Origin: Octopus vulgaris
Lineage: Eukaryota
Direction of reading: 5' to 3'
Assembly (NCBI GenBank): GCA_951406725.2
Contig: OX597823.1
Coordinates: forward strand, 88,412,001 to 88,476,000
DNA length: 64,000 nucleotides
The notes beneath the pieces were generated by a model. It was not told the origin of the DNA. It was given only the letters and a program-made list of their open reading frames with translations, and made no database searches. The translations under genes were made by a program, and so were the position numbers. This document shows, one piece after another, positions 60,162-64,000 of this stretch (position 1 is the first letter of the stretch; each line of letters opens with the position of its first letter).

Positions 60162-60164
<3 letters not shown>
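59922..60164. mobile_element. Short remnant of the 31-38 kb PLE family: inverted pLTR piece plus 3' tail
   Basis: 59931-60105 matches 31347-31521; 60109-60164 is the reverse complement of 31270-31325. Confidence 0.88.
59940..59990 (-). ncRNA. Type I hammerhead ribozyme (family a)
   Basis: Minus strand agcttc-CTGATGA-t-ttc-tttt-gaa-t-GAAA-cag-ttctagtc-ctg-TA-gaagct. Confidence 0.9.
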
Positions 60165-60198
<34 letters not shown>

Positions 60199-62044
60199 GA
60201 CGGGCATCCACACGAATTCCGTTCACAAAATTCGTACAGAGTTCAATGGTTTTTGTGAGTCTATAATAGTAATAGAGATCAGTTGCTGAAGTTACCGACC
60301 ATCGGATTCAATCATAAACAACTTGGCTGCAAACTGGATTACTTAACCACGCACCCATATTTGTGGAGCGGACAGGTGTACTGGATATTGTTAATATAAT
60401 TGTATTTCTGAAAGTATGTCATGTAGGAAAATTTAGTTATGCATTAATTGAGAAAATAATTTGGTATATGATAAATTCGTAAATCATATTTGCGAACCGA
60501 GAGAAGATTAAAATCTATTGGTGTAAAGGAGGCACTAGAAATTAAAACTAAAAGACATTGAATGGCTCTAAACGTGCTAGGAAGTTTAAAAGCTTTGTAA
60601 TGTGAAAGCACCAAAAATATTTTGATATGCATTTTCAATGTATTTCTTCTCAATCTAACTTCTAGTACGGAATCTTAATCCCGAAAGTTAACTAAATAAC
60701 ATCTCCCTTACACTATAGGGCCACCAGGGCACACCACGTTTTTGAAACAGAGCATTGGCATGATATCTGCTTCATCTTAATAACAAATATTAAGGTGCTG
60801 AACTTAGAAAGTAATCTATGTTGCTTCAGCTGTTACTTATAATATGGTGGCATACTGAATATACTTGTTTTTTTTATTATTTTGAAGTAGTTTAAATTCT
60901 TCTCCCTACATGATCAGTGAAAAATGTAATGCAAGTTTCATCTGTTATTTAGTAATTCTTATATATGTAAAAACGCTTGCTACCCTCGGCTATTACGCAG
61001 ATAGGAAAAAATGATTTTTCAGTTTCCTTTAGTATTCTGCTTTTATATTATATTTTTTGTTTTTGTTCTTGTTGTTTTGTTTTATTTTAGTGTTAAATCC
61101 ATAATTGAGGAAGGGTGCAATGCTATAGTCACAAGGCTAAATATATATAGACACACTGATATCCAGTGAAAATGGCCGGCAGCTATCTGTACTAATTAAC
61201 ATCTACATATACATACACACACATATATTCGTGTGTGTATATATATTATATTGTGTTGTATATGTTAGAGTACATGTGTTGTGAGAATGTGTGTATGTGT
61301 GTACCTATTTATGTGTGTTTTATATTTCATTTTTGTTGACAAACACATACTGAAGACTGCATGGCGCTACCTACACACCTACACACTGCCCCTCCCCTTA
61401 GCTCGTAAAATGTAGTACATTCCGCTTGAAATGGCTAGTTAATTGTTAGTAAGATCAATATCGCCCAAACTATTTATCTCTTTTACTACGTATCAATCAC
61501 TATAGGTTATCGATCCAATGAAAATATAATCTCCTCTATTGTGATATCATAATTCATAACACGACAGAGAACACATCATATATCGTTCTACTGTGTTTGT
61601 CCTTGATTAATATTGGCACTCATATTTATCCAAAATATAATATAATTAATGGTTTTTAAATAACAGTAAAAATAGAATTAAATCTGTTGAATCATAAACA
61701 AATCCTAGTCAATTAGTTATAAATATAGACATATTTGCAAACGCTATAGTAGTTTTATTTGCACTGATTGGATATTTAATTCAACCAAGTTTTCACTAAT
61801 TGAAACTCAAAATAACTTATGAGACCTTATACAGCGAGATAAATTTGTGACTTTTGCACATATCAGCTCAAGTAATACTTGAAAATTGTATTAAACGTGC
61901 TCGAAAATATATTTGGCCTCGCCGAGATGAGTATCATTGTATCTTACTGAATATATAGCAATACAAGTGGCAATAGATTGCTGCAGGGAAATGTTTGACG
62001 AACTGATATTCACTATGTGTATATAATCCTGAAATTTGGTCAAT

Positions 62045-62082
<38 letters not shown>

Positions 62083-62084
<2 letters not shown>

Positions 62085-62275
62085 CCACGTGTGTATCGTT
62101 GGCGATTTTCTTTCTCCGTCTCCCCTTCTTTGGACTTTTCTATATTTCTGATGAAGAGCTGCGCTCGAAGCGTGACATCCTCTTTCTTTTCTTTCCTTTC
62201 CTGAGCGTCCAATAACAATGTACTTTTATCCCCCGCCCTCGCGTTGTTGTTTTTCTTGCTTGTTCATGTTTGTAT

Positions 62276-62280
<5 letters not shown>
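62083..62280 (+). mobile_element. PLE-like 3' end fragment with decayed minimal HHR (family d)
   Basis: CTGATGA-a-gagc-tgc-gctc-GAAG-cg-tg at 62148-62174; ends in (TA)n. Confidence 0.55.
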
Positions 62281-62326
<46 letters not shown>

Positions 62327-63174
62327 ATATATATATTATTTCTGTGGGGCGGGTGAGAGAGTGCCTGTGTCTCTGTATATATATATATATATACGTATGT
62401 ATGTGTGTATCGATGCGTGTATTCTGAGAACATTAGAAAAAGAAGGAAAATGCACATTATATATTTAATACATTTTAAAGGATAGAATATTATGATAGTG
62501 TACTGATTTTGCATTTCACTAATCATGACATTGAAATTTCGTGTTATGTTAAGGAGGTTTTAGTCCATGTAGCTTGTTGGAAAGTCTGTACATGAACCAG
62601 CATGTAGAAAAATCTAATGGGAGGTAATTGGTGGTTGTTATTATTCGAGACCGGTAATTGTACCATTTTGGGGCGGCATATGCTTTCTTTTATGGTACGC
62701 TTTTCATTAGAAGATAGAGTTGCCGAAAATGGCAGGCACTATAAAGCATCCCGAAATCAAAATGATGCGAAGCAAATTTCTTAGTTCCATAGAAAAATCT
62801 GTACTGCTACATATATTATATGTGAAATATTAGGAATAGAAATAGAACATGTATTTATATTGATAATTAAGTTTACGCATATATTACAGGTGTGGGTTTC
62901 TATGTGTAGGAAATCACGAACGGGGTTGCTGGTGTGGCAGGTTTTACATTTTTTCCAGGTGTTTCAATAACGCATGATTGACAAATCATGCAGCAGACTT
63001 GAATACCTGGAAGAATATAATGATGCTGCCATTTCACTAATATAATATGTATTCCATAATTCCTTGTACACGACCAACAGGTACTAAACACTGTGCGGAA
63101 AAAAATGAATATATATACATGTGTGTATGTGCCCAGAAACAGTTTATCTTTTAAGTTTTATATTCTAATATTTC

Positions 63175-63380
63175 TTTCACTAGACATGAGCCATACAGGA
63201 GCACGGCCTTTAGTCGCACAAATCATCGACCCCAGGAGTTAGTTTTTGAAACCCTAGGACTTATATTATCGGTCTCTTTTGCCGAATCGCTAAGTTAGTG
63301 GACGTAAACACACCAACATCGGTTGTCAAGCGATGTTGGGGGGGACAAACACAGACACACACACATAAACACACACATAC

Positions 63381-63432
<52 letters not shown>

Positions 63433-63556
63433 GAAGGCCTTCTTTCAGTTTCCGCTACCAAATCCACTCACAAGGCTTTGGTCGGCCCGATGCTATAGTA
63501 GAAAATACTTGCCCAAGGTGCCTCGCAGTGGAACCGAACCCGGAAGCATGTGGTTG
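63175..63556 (-). mobile_element. SINE family B with internal microsatellite
   Basis: tcggtctcttttgccgaa..gtaaacacaccaacatcggttgtcaagcgatg..cacaaggctttggtcggcccga..acttgcccaaggtgc..gaacccggaa. Confidence 0.85.
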
Positions 63557-63584
63557 ACAATTATAATAATAATAATGATAAGGC

Positions 63585-63710
63585 ACATAATTGCAAGTTC
63601 AGTCCCTCTGTGTGGAACCTCGAGCAAGTATCTTCTGCTATAGTTTCAGGCCGACCATAGACTTGTGAATGGATTTGTTTGACGCAAACCGAAAGAAAAC
63701 CATGTGTGTA
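63585..63710 (+). mobile_element. SINE family B 5' fragment, head-to-head with the previous copy
   Basis: gttcagtccctctgtgtggaacctcgagcaagtatcttctgctatag..ggccgacc. Confidence 0.65.
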
Positions 63711-64000
63711 TGTGTGCGCGCGCGCGCGCGCGCGTGTGTGTGTGTGTAGTGTGTGTGTGAAATGTCATAAAGTAAAGCAGGCTAACATTTTCGTATACTT
63801 GATCGTCTCTTCATTAGTTTATGAAACAGAACTAACAGCCGGAAACATGTCAAATAGCACACCTGCATTAGTTATAAACCTATCAACACTGTCTGCAATT
63901 TTGCAGTGGTAGCTAATGCACGGCAATCAATTGCATAATATTACATTATGATAGTTGAAATAGCGCCGTGTATTCGGACACACTTTACCAGACTAAGGTT

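Larger units (their letters stand above)
59695..60358 (-). mobile_element. Decayed SINE family B interrupted at its internal (TA)n by a PLE remnant
   Basis: Tail cttttact..cattggactgcggcca..tcgaccccag at left; head remnants cgacgggc..cttaaccac at right. Confidence 0.55.

Noticed and set aside
62945-63086. Acceptor-like ttttccag and donor-like caggta pair
   Set aside because: Stops in all three frames; a non-coding exon cannot be supported without RNA data

Overview
AT-rich, microsatellite-dense eukaryotic DNA with no recognisable host protein-coding exon. The SINE families and (TA)n/(GATA)n load resemble an octopus/coleoid genome (inference). The only credible long ORFs are two 5'-truncated Penelope-like retroelement (PLE) RT+GIY-YIG ORFs (20811-22856 and about 33481-35154); most other predicted ORFs are translated microsatellites. 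The main hidden signal is a set of type I hammerhead ribozyme (HHR) motifs of at least three families (six well-formed copies plus decayed ones). Most lie in tail-out inverted structures inserted into (TA)n tracts: a 7.2 kb PLE with ~2.2 kb inverted arms, a perfect 233 bp HHR palindrome next to it, and a 240 bp twin-primed-like remnant. The rest is tRNA-derived SINEs, two non-autonomous Helitrons, mariner/pogo relics, a fold-back duplication and a pre-miRNA-like hairpin.
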